A stretch of DNA of 63,992 nucleotides, the filler included, from Octopus bimaculoides (Eukaryota), in the NCBI RefSeq assembly GCF_001194135.2. It is 6 parts of 5 records of this genome, joined end to end, with 100 filler letters (N's around TTAATTAATTAA, not from the genome) between each part and the next. Parts side by side here need not be neighbours in the genome. Positions count along the whole stretch, not along the records: positions 1 to 30,481 come from NC_068987.1; positions 30,582 to 50,355 come from NC_068997.1; 4 more parts are not named here. The stretch is one strand, 5' to 3'. The notes under the pieces were generated by a model. That model worked only from the letters and a program-made list of their open reading frames with translations. It was not told where the DNA came from and did not search any database. Position numbers and translations under genes: made by a program. The stretch's first letter is position 1. The number at the start of each line of letters is the position of its first letter. Of the stretch, positions 25,128-37,477 are shown piece by piece.

Positions 25128-26250
25128 NNNNNNNNNNNNNNNNNNNNNNNNNNNNNNNNNNNNNNNNNNNNNNNNNNNNNNNNNNNNNNNNNNNNNNNNN
25201 NNNNNNNNNNNNNNNNNNNNNNNNNNNNNNNNNNNNNNNNNNNNNNNNNNNNNNNNNNNNNNNNNNNNNNNNNNNNNNNNNNNNNNNNNNNNNNNNNNNN
25301 NNNNNNNNNNNNNNNNNNNNNNNNNNNNNNNNNNNNNNNNNNNNNNNNNNNNNNNNNNNNNNNNNNNNNNNNNNNNNNNNNNNNNNNNNNNNNNNNNNNN
25401 NNNNNNNNNNNNNNNNNNNNNNNNNNNNNNNNNNNNNNNNNNNNNNNNNNNNNNNNNNNNNNNNNNNNNNNNNNNNNNNNNNNNNNNNNNNNNNNNNNNN
25501 NNNNNNNNNNNNNATATATATATATATATATATATACTAGACTATCCCTGACCCGTTGGGTCACCAGAGAAGTATGAGTTTCCCAGCAAAGGAGCTTTGT
25601 TTTGTGGGGTTTTTTTTCTGTTCCATGTTATTTCGCATACTTTCAACGAATGTGACATCGAAATGACGCGTAAACGGCTCCTTTCCCCAGAAAAGGAAAG
25701 ATTTGGCTGCTATTTCTTGCACGCCCTGCTCCCACGTGATAGGCATTTCGGGTCCTTTATCACAAATAGCCGTTACGTGGTAGCAGGTCATGCTAGAAAT
25801 AGCAGCCAAATTTTTGAGGGTGCGATGCGTTGAACGCATTGCTAAATTGTATTTCATTTATGTTATAAGTTGCGTTCAAATTCTCATGCAAATCGAAATT
25901 ATCTTTCCCTCTCCTGAGGTCGATAAAATATTCATTAGTCAATTTAACCAAGTGCACCAGCCCGCCTCCTTCAAATGTGCATCCTTGTGCCAATCAGTAT
26001 TGTACACACCATCCTTCCTTCCGAGACCCCCTCCTCCTCTTCATTCTCTGTCTTTTTATGGACGACATATTCCTCATTCTTATCCTTTCTAGTATCTCTC
26101 CTCTCTACTCCGTTTTCCCCTTCCATTTTTTCTTCACTCATTGTTTTTTGTCTTTTCTCACTTCATTTATTAATGTTTCCGAATCTATTCAGCAATTATT
26201 TTAACATTTTAAATATTCTTATCATTATCTCATCTCTGCCATCACTTCTG

Positions 26251-26443
<193 letters not shown>

Positions 26444-26951
26444 CATCATGTTTTACCTTTGGTTAAAAAGAAAGAAACCGACATCTGTCAAGGAAACGTG
26501 TCTTCTGCAGAATTGATAGGTAGATAGATAAATAAATAGATAGATACGTACATACATACATACATACATACATACATACATACATACATACATACATACG
26601 TAGATTGATTGATTGATTGACAGATGGATGCGAGGATAGATGCGTGACTGACTGGCTGAATAGAGAAACATACATACACACACATACATACATACATACA
26701 TACTCGCATACCTTACATACGTACGTATGTATCTGTATATATATATATATATATATAGTGAAAGATAGAAAAAGAGAGAAATAGAGACAGATAGATAGAT
26801 AGACAGATAGATAGATAGATAGATAAACAGACAGACAGACAGATATAAAAGGAAACAAACAAACAAACAAACAAACAAACAAAGAAGGAAAGAAATAGAA
26901 AGAGGAGAATAAATAGGCGAAGAAAACACAGGAGAAAGAAAGTGTAGAGCA

Positions 26952-27026
26952 GCCATTCCGGAAGTGACAATGAGTTGTTTTCAATAAACGTTTTGAGTCA
27001 AACCGGAAGAACTCACACACAATGGC
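26952..27026. promoter_or_regulatory. Candidate ETS/YY1 promoter-like cluster
   Basis: CCGGAAGTG at 26958, ACCGGAAG at 27002, and YY1-like cores GCCATT (26952) and AATGGC (27021). Motif evidence only. Confidence 0.3.
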
Positions 27027-27117
27027 TAACATGGATGTTCATTGTTCTTGGTTGAAAAGAAAATAAGAAAGAAGATGGTGGCGGCGGCGGCGGTGCCGGT
27101 GGCGTTGGTGGTGTTGG

Positions 27118-27150
<33 letters not shown>

Positions 27151-27320
27151 AAATATAATAATTGACTTTCTAAACCACCCAAGGGTAGCCAACATTATAT
27201 ACAAGACGATGTTTTTTGTAAATATTTTCTTTTGTTTCTTCCAGATATATTTTACCTGTTACTGTGTTGTAGCAACAATTTACCTACTTAGTTTAAAAAT
27301 AGATATTTCTGCTGCTGTTG

Positions 27321-27371
<51 letters not shown>

Positions 27372-27454
27372 TTACTACTACTACTACTACTACTATTACT
27401 GCTTTTGTTAATAGTCGTAATCATAGTAGCGGTGGTGGAGGTGGAAGGACTTAT

Positions 27455-27648
27455 AATAATATCAGCTTCAAATTTTGGCACAAGGCCAGCAATTTCGAGG
27501 AAGGGGTTAAATCGATTACACCGACCCCAGTATTCAACTGGTACTTATTTTATCGACCCTCCGAAAGGATGAAAGGTAAAAACAACCTCGGCCGAATTTG
27601 AATACGGAACGTAAAGAGCCGGAGGAAATGCCGCTGAACATTTTGTCC
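27455..27648 (-). mobile_element. SINE family B (runs into gap)
   Basis: Plus strand shows tggcacaaggcc...tacttattttatcgaccctccgaaaggatgaaagg...aacctcggccgaatttgaa. Confidence 0.8.
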
Positions 27649-28291
27649 NNNNNNNNNNNNNNNNNNNNNNNNNNNNNNNNNNNNNNNNNNNNNNNNNNNN
27701 NNNNNNNNNNNNNNNNNNNNNNNNNNNNNNNNNNNNNNNNNNNNNNNNNNNNNNNNNNNNNNNNNNNNNNNNNNNNNNNNNNNNNNNNNNNNNNNNNNNN
27801 NNNNNNNNNNNNNNNNNNNNNNNNNNNNNNNNNNNNNNNNNNNNNNNNNNNNNNNNNNNNNNNNNNNNNNNNNNNNNNNNNNNNNNNNNNNNNNNNNNNN
27901 NNNNNNNNNNNNNNNNNNNNNNNNNNNNNNNNNNNNNNNNNNNNNNNNNNNNNNNNNNNNNNNNNNNNNNNNNNNNNNNNNNNNNNNNNNNNNNNNNNNN
28001 NNNNNNNNNNNNNNNNNNNNNNNNNNNNNNNNNNNNNNNNNNNNNNNNNNNNNNNNNNNNNNNNNNNNNNNNNNNNNNNNNNNNNNNNNNNNNNNNNNNN
28101 NNNNNNNNNNNNNNNNNNNNNNNNNNNNNNNNNNNNNNNNNNNNNNNNNNNNNNNNNNNNNNNNNNNNNNNNNNNNNNNNNNNNNNNNNNNNNNNNNNNN
28201 NNNNNNNNNNNNNNNNNNNNNNNNNNNNNNNNNNNNNNNNNNNNNNNNNNNNNNNNNNNNNNNNNNNNNNNNNNNNNNNNNNNNNNNNNNN

Positions 28292-28322
<31 letters not shown>

Positions 28323-28712
28323 AGGGAAGGTTGTGTGATATTTATAGTAACAGGCTTGTAGGACACTTGGAAGTCTTGGAAGACTTCTAGTAGGTCAAAC
28401 AACAATATGAAATGCTTCTACATTGTATAGCAAAATAAAATGATAGAAATTAATCGTCCAGAAATTACTGAATATTCTGACATCATAACGGGTGATTTAG
28501 ACTTGCAATTAACGAATCAACGCTGACGCCCCTTGATCGACGTCATTTATGTTACGATATTTCTATTTGTTATCTCAGTGCATTTATAACGAATATAGCA
28601 TGTCCACGTCTTGTGTGACTTTTGCGTTTGTTTTTTCTCGTCCTTCTGTGCTCTTCTTACTAATTTCATATGTATGTATATATGGATGTATGTATGTAAG
28701 TATGTATTATGT

Positions 28713-28744
<32 letters not shown>

Positions 28745-28889
28745 AGAAAAAATTCTGAAACTCTTTGTTAGACGTCCATGCATATTTGTTTTCTTTCTCA
28801 TATATGATTCATGCTATATTTAGTTGTATGGAAGAATACGTTTCTAAAATTGTGGTGCATTATTTCCGTTTATATATGTATATATATAA

Positions 28890-28927
<38 letters not shown>

Positions 28928-29975
28928 TTTAAATTACAATTTTTTCCTTTCCTTATACTTCATTTACTGTTTATATATATATATAAAATGTACTGTATAA
29001 ATNNNNNNNNNNNNNNNNNNNNNNNNNNNNNNNNNNNNNNNNNNNNNNNNNNNNNNNNNNNNNNNNNNNNNNNNNNNNNNNNNNNNNNNNNNNNNNNNNN
29101 NNNNNNNNNNNNNNNNNNNNNNNNNNNNNNNNNNNNNNNNNNNNNNNNNNNNNNNNNNNNNNNNNNNNNNNNNNNNNNNNNNNNNNNNNNNNNNNNNNNN
29201 NNNNNNNNNNNNNNNNNNNNNNNNNNNNNNNNNNNNNNNNNNNNNNNNNNNNNNNNNNNNNNNNNNNNNNNNNNNNNNNNNNNNNNNNNNNNNNNNNNNN
29301 NNNNNNNNNNNNNNNNNNNNNNNNNNNNNNNNNNNNNNNNNNNNNNNNNNNNNNNNNNNNNNNNNNNNNNNNNNNNNNNNNNNNNNNNNNNNNNNNNNNN
29401 NNNNNNNNNNNNNNNNNNNNNNNNNNNNNNNNNNNNNNNNNNNNNNNNNNNNNNNNNNNNNNNNNNNNNNNNNNNNNNNNNNNNNNNNNNNNNNNNNNNN
29501 NNNNNNNNNNNNNNNNNNNNNNNNNNNNNNNNNNNNNNNNNNNNNNNNNNNNNNNNNNNNNNNNNNNNNNNNNNNNNNNNNNNNNNNNNNNNNNNNNNNN
29601 NNNNNNNNNNNNNNNNNNNNNNNNNNNNNNNNNNNNNNNNNNNNNNNNNNNNNNNNNNNNNNNNNNNNNNNNNNNNNNNNNNNNNNNNNNNNNNNNNNNN
29701 NNNNNNNNNNNNAGAGAGAGAGAGAGGGGGGTGAGAGAGAGATGCATACAAGTATATAAGTTCATGTTTGCGTGTAGTTATGACTATATATGTAGTTATC
29801 GATGAATACAACGCATGCGAGACATGACACCACTAAACAGGAAGTGCATAGATCTTTTATTATTTTGCATTGCTATTAAAACATTTATATCTCATTATCT
29901 CTGTTTAATACGAGCATCTGTAGATGTAACTGTCCCTCATATGTGCGTGCACATGTCTAAGTGTGTCCCTATGCA

Positions 29976-30014
<39 letters not shown>

Positions 30015-30581
30015 ATGTGTTTGTGCGTGCGTGTATGCATCAATTTATGTCTATATGAGTAATATTATAGAAGACTTGCCACTTTCCACTGGCTTTGATC
30101 AAAAGCTCTCCTTCTTCAAGAGTCGATATAACGATATAATGCGCGTGCGCCTGCAGAGGGAGACACCCATCCGCATACACCACAAACGCAGGCACACAAA
30201 GCACATACACACACGCACACACGCATGAATGTATATATCTATATCTCTAAATATATAAGTACATATGTATAGATGTATGTATGCATTTATATACAAACAT
30301 ACATACATACATAATACATACATACATATATACATATATATAGTGAAAATTTACGAAAAAAAACAAAAGACGAAGACGGGTGTGTAAACAACAAAGAGAT
30401 GTATTAGTTTAACGATCGGAAAGTAAGAAAGTCTTTTACGTTTCGAGCCTACGCTCTTATATATATATATATATATATATANNNNNNNNNNNNNNNNNNN
30501 NNNNNNNNNNNNNNNNNNNNNNNNNTTAATTAATTAANNNNNNNNNNNNNNNNNNNNNNNNNNNNNNNNNNNNNNNNNNNN

Positions 30582-31374
30582 GATGCATCATTTCACATGC
30601 ACATTGTCAAGTTGACAGCAAAGTGCAGACAACTGGCAGGGTGGATACTGAGGACATTCCGAACAAGGGATCAAAAAGTCATGTTGACTCTATGGAAGAC
30701 ATTTGTTCTGAGCCGCCTAGACTATTACTCTCAGTTGTGGTCACCACACAGTGTCAAGCGGACAGCAGAACTCGAGGCAATTCAGCGTCACTATACAAAA
30801 AAGATCACCACAGTCCAACAGATGAACTACAGGGAGCGACTGAAGGCACTAGGTCTCTACTTTCTGGAGCATAGGCGGGAGAGATATGTAATAATATACA
30901 TATGGAAAATACTGGAAGGGCTGGTGCCAAATTTTAGCATCAAGTACTACAGGAATGCCTGCACAGGTCGCCACTGCATGGTACCAAGGGTACCGTCCAC
31001 TGCATCTCACATAAGAACAAGGTACTACAACAGGCTCGGTTTCAGAGGACTTCAGCTCTTTAATGCACTGCCAAAACATTTCAGAGACCTGCAAGACTTG
31101 GATATAGAGGTCTTCGAAACAAAACTCGACGCTTTCCTCTCCACGATACCAGACGAACTAATGGATCGAAATGAGACACAGTTTAGGGCAGCGATGTCAA
31201 ATTCTCTTATACACCAGATGTGCCATCAAAACTCTTGATTGGACTATATCAGGTGGAGGAGAAGAGCCATGCAAGGAACATGAAGAGAGCACAGCATAAA
31301 GACGGAAAGTCACGGTGGTGCTCCAGCATGACCACAGCCACTTGGCTGAAACCCATAAATAAATAAAAATAAAT
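30582..31374 (+). mobile_element. CR1/L2-group LINE, 3' part of ORF2 plus 3' UTR
   Basis: Uninterrupted ORF 30597-31238 with WILRTF..., VLSRLDYYSQLWSP, LKALGLYFLEHRRERY..IYIWKILEGLVPN and QLFNALP, typical of the C-terminal region after the RT core. Short 3' UTR and (AAAT)n tail. Confidence 0.88.
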
Positions 31375-32066
31375 ATATGTGTGTATATATGTATATATAT
31401 ATATATATATATATAGATATATACATGTATGTATATATGTATATATACATGTATATATATATATGTGTGTGTATGTGTATATATATATATATATANNNNN
31501 NNNNNNNNNNNNNNNNNNNNNNNNNNNNNNNNNNNNNNNNNNNNNNNNNNNNNNNNNNNNNNNNNNNNNNNNNNNNNNNNNNNNNNNNNNNNNNNGGAAA
31601 GCGGACGTTAAACGATGATGATGATGATGATGATGATGATTAGGAGGTCACTGGAATTCATTCAACAAAAAAGAAAAAAATTTCCAATGATTCCTGGATA
31701 GGAGCGGGGGTCAGGTTCCCACCATTTTTCCGAACAAAAATAAGGGGTTTGCAGCATATTAGGAGGTCAGGTAATTGATTCCATGGAATCAACTACTTGA
31801 CCTCTTCTCTCTCTCTCTCTCTTCTACAGAAAGACACCTGTTTCTGTGTCTGTCACACTTTAACCTTTCATCATCTGATGCAAGATCACCTCCTGTCAAA
31901 CCATCCAACCCATGGCAGTATGGTGGATTGATCGCCTAGTTTATAACCAGCGTGAATATTGAGAAGAAATGATGAGTGGCAATTTATAATAGTGGAAATT
32001 TATCTATAACAATTAGATGATTTTATCTATTTATCACATCTGTTGACTTGAAATTATAATAAATAT

Positions 32067-32862
32067 ATGTATGACGCATGTGTACAACCAGCCATGCTAC
32101 ATGGCAGTGAAACATGGGCTATGACTGCTGAGGACATGCGTAAGCTCGCTAGGAATCAAGCCAGTATGCTCCGATGGATGAGTAATGTCAGTGTGCATAC
32201 CCAACAGAGTGTAAGTATCTTGAGAGAAGAGTTGAACCTAAGAAGTATCAGTTGTGGTGTGCAAGAGGGACGATTGCGCTGGTATAGACATGTGGTGAGA
32301 ATGGATGAGGATAGCTGCNNNNNNNNNNATGCCAACGTCTCTTTCATTGAACACTAAACTCAGCTTGTGAAGACCTGTAGGGGCAAACAAAAGCGAAATC
32401 TTGATGGCACCTGTACCAGTGGAGCACCAAGAGCACCATCCGAGCGTGATCGTTGCCAGAGCAGCTGTCTGGCTTGCATGCCGGTGGCACGTAAATAGCA
32501 CCATTTGAGCATGATCGTTACCAATGTCACCTTCCTGGCACTTGTGCCAGTGGCACATGAAAAGACATTTGAGCATGATCGTTGCCAGTGCTGCTGGACT
32601 GGCTCCTGTGCAGGTGGCACGTAAAATACACCATTTTGAGCATGGCCGTTGCCAGTATCGCCTGACTGGCCTTTGTGCCGGTGGCACATAAAAGCACCCA
32701 CTACACTCTCGGAGTGGTTGACGTTAGGAAGGGCAACCAGCTGTAGAAACTCTGCCAAATCAGATTGGAGCCTGGTGCAGCCATCTGGTTCACCATCCCT
32801 CAGTCAAATCATCCAACCCATGCTAGCATGGAAAGTAGACGTTAAACAATGAGGATGATGAT
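32067..32862 (+). mobile_element. RTE-clade LINE 3' fragment (5'-truncated) with a tandem-repeat 3' UTR
   Basis: YDACVQPAMLHGSETW...MLRWM...RLRWYRHVVRM is an RTE ORF2 C-terminus. It is followed by 64-67 bp repeats and the tail aacccatgctagcatggaaagtagacgttaaacaatgaggatgatg. Confidence 0.88.
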
Positions 32863-33462
32863 TTCTTGAGTAGGAATCTATGGTGATAAATCTGTCACTT
32901 ATAATTTAATTATAAGTATTTATCATCCTACATAAATCCTAGCTCAGACTACATAAACACTGTGGTAAGTAATACACATCAAGACGCTGAACATGCATGT
33001 ATGTTGAAAATAATAAAGCTCACTTTTTTTTACCGCTATAATAACAGTTTCATAGTTACAAAAATAAATTCCATCAATAGGTTGAAGAAAATGAAGAAAA
33101 AGAAATTAGTTTATTTACGTACATTTAATATTTACAGTACATTTTTATAAGTCAAAAGAAGACTGTCATAGAGAGTTACAACATAAAATTTATATTAACT
33201 AATTCTTCCATAACTAAGCTACAAAAGTTTTAAACAACAATTCAAAATAGCCTTGTTGAATTAGATAAAAGACTTGGCATTACAATGACCAATATCTCAA
33301 GAAAGTGAGTGTCGTGGAATCAAGTGACAACCAATGGACACTGATTTATTTCCCCAAAATCAGGGTTTTTATAACTGCTGATATCTGAATTCTAAGAATC
33401 ATATTTCGTGAAAGATTTCTCTTTCACTAAAATTAGAATTCAAATATGGGCAGTAATTTTAA

Positions 33463-33527
33463 CCAATGGGAAACTAATAATTATACCTATTTGGCCAATA
33501 TGACCATGACGTCATATTATCGCCAAT
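33463..33527. promoter_or_regulatory. Triple CCAAT box plus CRE cluster
   Basis: CCAAT at 33463, 33495 and 33523; TGACGTCA at 33507-33514. Motif evidence only. Confidence 0.3.
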
Positions 33528-33647
33528 AAAGTTTTATTAAGACTTGCTACAGCAGCATGGAATGCGAACTCTAAATGATGATGGTGATCGAAATGGTGAT
33601 GATGAATCTATCTATCTATCTATATATATATATATATATATATACTG

Positions 33648-35166
33648 AAAAAAAGGAAAATGCACACAGTTTACATAGTTTTAATATATTTTTTAATATA
33701 TTTTATAAGTGAAAGAGTATTGTCTTTGTCAACTGGTTTTGCTTTTGCTAATCATAACATTGAAATTATTATGATTTCATATTTTCTTAAGAAGATTTTA
33801 GTCCATACTGTATGTGGGAGTTTGTGAATGAAATGATACAAGCAGAAAAATCTAAGGAGAGGTAATTGGTGATTGTTATTATTTGGGACAGGGGAAATAA
33901 TTGCTTGTATTTTAGGGAGAACATATACAAAAATTCAAAAGCTAAAATAGAGAGATAGAGTATTTACAGTGATGGGTATGTGAACATGAATTAAAATATA
34001 TACTAAAACTAAAGTTGGTTGTGCATTCATATTTAGGCTTGTTCTGTATTTTTCGATAAATAAATTTTCCCAGAGACAATATCTACTCTCACTTATAGAC
34101 GATGGAATTAAGCGTGCCAAGAAATTAGGCATTAAAACACTAAGGGAAACAAAATGTAACACCACACCACATCTCAAAACGCTACCATATATATCAACTC
34201 ACAACCTTAGAAACAATGAAGCATACAACCCTATTGTACAAAACCTACCTGTGCACACTAAGGATCCAAAAGTAAACAACATTCTGAAAAACACAAATTC
34301 ATCAAATGCAAAAAGCAAATTGCTGTAACAACTTCTGACAAATGCGAAGCTTTACACAACAACCACAAAACCAATGGTTAAAAAATGTGGACACCCAAAC
34401 TGTGGAGCATTCCCCAATCTGTTGCGAGACTTGGAATTCCTATTCAAACAAAGAAAGTGTTTCAAAATTAAAATCAACTTCACTTGTGATTCCAAGAATC
34501 TAATTTATGTTATAACTTGTTCAGGTTGTGGACATAACTATATAGGACAGACAAGTATGACACTAAGATGGAGAACCACACTACAAAAGAAACAGAGCTG
34601 TTTCCCACAGTACAGACAGATTCCTTTGAGCGAACACATAGAGAGATGTGCAGGTAATATCCAAACAAACTTCACAGTTTTCCCATCTACCAGTGCAAAG
34701 AAACAATTTCTGTACAAGAACATTTTAATAAAGAAAATTTATTTATCAAAAAATACAGAACACACCTAAATATGAATGCATAACCAACTTTGGTCTCAGT
34801 ATATATTTTAATTCATGTTCACATACTCATCATTGTAAATACTTCATCTCCCTACTTTAGTGCTTGAATTTTTGTATATATATTTATGCCCTCACGAAAA
34901 TATGAGCAACTACTTCTCCTGTCCCAAATAATAATGATCACCAATTACCTTTCCTTAGATTTTTCTACTTGTTATATCATTTCATTCACAAACTTCCATA
35001 TAAAACATGGACTAAAATCTTCTTAGGAAAATACAAAATCACAAAAACTTCAATGTCATGATTAGCAAAAGCAAAACTGGTTGACAAACACAATACTCTT
35101 TCACTTACAAAATTTATTTAAAAAATATACTAACACAAGGTAAACTGTGTGCATTTTCCTTTTTTT
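33648..35166 (+). mobile_element. Penelope-like element (GIY-YIG endonuclease), 5'-truncated, with an inverted copy of its 3' end
   Basis: LPYISTHN linker and ORF 34374-34769 KKCGHPNC...FTCDSKNLIYVITCSGCGHNYIGQT (GIY-YIG). 33648-34069 is a diverged reverse complement of 34733-35166. Confidence 0.85.
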
Positions 35167-35263
35167 AATTTTATATATATATTTTTTGCATTACATCTCA
35201 CCACGTGGGGACAATCAACATTCTCCTCCTCCCTGTATATATATATATACACACACACACACA

Positions 35264-35293
35264 CTAGCAATGCATCCCGGCATTGCCCGGGAT
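35264..35293 (-). mobile_element. Helitron-type 3' terminus (non-autonomous element)
   Basis: Minus strand has hairpin ATCCCGG-gcaatg-CCGGGAT, then CTAG followed by T. A possible degenerate 5' end lies near 38540-38620. Confidence 0.6.
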
Positions 35294-37477
35294 TTATGAC
35301 CTACAAGTACATTGTATCATTTGCTCCTTTCTTATGGACAGAATTGGCACAGCTGATATATAGTTAATAGCATAATGGATGTTCTTTTTTGTTTAATAGT
35401 GAAGGGCGAGGGTACAATTTGCATGAAAGTGCTTTCTGTTCTTAAGAAGGATCAGAAATTATGTATTGTTTCATCATATAAAAGGGGCTAATACGATTTT
35501 GTCCAGAAATTACGTTTGCAAAATTTTAATTCCCCCCCCCCTCCCATCTTCAGTGCAATTTTTTAATTTGCAACTGTTACGGTTTTTTTCTTTTTGTTAT
35601 CTACATAGAAAAATATAGAAATTACAAATCTGGGAAATACATATATTTCTTATAGTTCAATTTTTCTTAACGAAACACTCAGTGCCTCTTCCCNNNNNNN
35701 NNNNNNNNNNNNNNNNNNNNNNNNNNNNNNNNNNNNNNNNNNNNNNNNNNNNNNNNNNNNNNNNNNNNNNNNNNNNNNNNNNNNNNNNNNNNNNNNNNNN
35801 NNNNNNNNNNNNNNNNNNNNNNNNNNNNNNNNNNNNNNNNNNNNNNNNNNNNNNNNNNNNNNNNNNNNNNNNNNNNNNNNNNNNNNNNNNNNNNNNNNNN
35901 NNNNNNNNNNNNNNNNNNNNNNNNNNNNNNNNNNNNNNNNNNNNNNNNNNNNNNNNNNNNNNNNNNNNNNNNNNNNNNNNNNNNNNNNNNNNNNNNNNNN
36001 NNNNNNNNNNNNNNNNNNNNNNNNNNNNNNNNNNNNNNNNNNNNNNNNNNNNNNNNNNNNNNNNNNNNNNNNNNNNNNNNNNNNNNNNNNNNNNNNNNNN
36101 NNNNNNNNNNNNNNNNNNNNNNNNNNNNNNNNNNNNNNNNNNNNNNNNNNNNNNNNNNNNNNNNNNNNNNNNNNNNNNNNNNNNNNNNNNNNNNNNNNNN
36201 NNNNNNNNNNNNNNNNNNNNNNNNNNNNNNNNNNNNNNNNNNNNNNNNNNNNNNNNNNNNNNNNNNNNNNNNNNNNNNNNNNNNNNNNNNNNNNNNNNNN
36301 NNNNNNNNNNNNNNNNNNNNNNNNNNNNNNNNNNNNNNNNNNNNNNNNNNNNNNNNNNNNNNNNNNNNNNNNNNNNNNNNNNNNNNNNNNNNNNNNNNNN
36401 NNNNNNNNNNGGCCACGCTCAAAATGGTGTGTTTTACATGCCACTTGCACAGGAGCCAGTCCATTGGCACTGGCACGCAGACATAGGAATCAGAAGAAAT
36501 TTAGGAAAAAAATAAGGCGAGGGAGCGGAAATCTCACCTCAGACATACTAGAAAAAAGAGGTAAATGACAGGATTTCTGGGAAAACTTTTTTTAAGTTTA
36601 TATTGAAGATCAGGTATTTAAATACGCTCATCACAAGTTTTACCTATAGTATGTGTATGTGTGTGTGCATGTGTCAAAAGAAGTCGTTTTATGGCATTCT
36701 TTCATTTGAAGAAGCAAAGTTGTCAACTCAACATTTCATTAAATTTCCATAAAATTCTTTTAATTTCTTTATGCTATGAAGAGAGCAGAAATTGCAAGAG
36801 AGGATAAAGTGAAAAAGTGACATTTTCTTTGAAGTGAGAGGAGAAAGTGAAAGATGTACATGTATAGGAAATGGATGTGTGTATAAGAGAGAGAGTGAGC
36901 GAGTGAATGAAGGTGTGTGCCGTATGAATTTTTTGCATGTATGTGTGTCACTCACTCGCTCTCTCTCTCTCTCTTTCTCACACACACAAACACACACACA
37001 AACACACACATTATCTTTCATAGACACGTACATAAATGGGGGCGGTAAAGAATATGTACATCACCCGTTTTCAGCATAAACCTAACCTTAAACACCAGGT
37101 GTGTGTATTCTTTACCTTCACCCATAAATACATATGCATACATCTTTTTTGTGCATGAGAGAGAGAGTGACTGTATTTCCTCATAACATATTGAGAAATG
37201 GATGCCTTTTAATGAAATTGTTTTTGGTTGTGGCTTATTTTAATACAATTTTCATAAATGTTTGTCTAAGTAGAATTCTATGCATGTGTGAAATATTGTC
37301 CAAAAATTACCTCAAAATTGTGCAACTCAACATAGTTGCCGAGGTTATTTTAGTTGTAAAAAAGAGTTGTTGAGTGAAAAACATAGTTTATTTGGTAGAT
37401 AGATAATAAGCAGTGCCTATGTTTCATTACAACTCTCAAAGTTGTCCATGAACTGACATCCAGATTAGCTTGTTTTG

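Noticed and set aside
30526-30537. TTAATTAATTAA islands centred in 100-bp N blocks (also 50400, 58939, 61104, 62614)
   Set aside because: Identical 44N+12+44N layout, and the palindrome gives stops in all six frames. This is an assembly gap spacer, not biology and not a CRISPR-like repeat.
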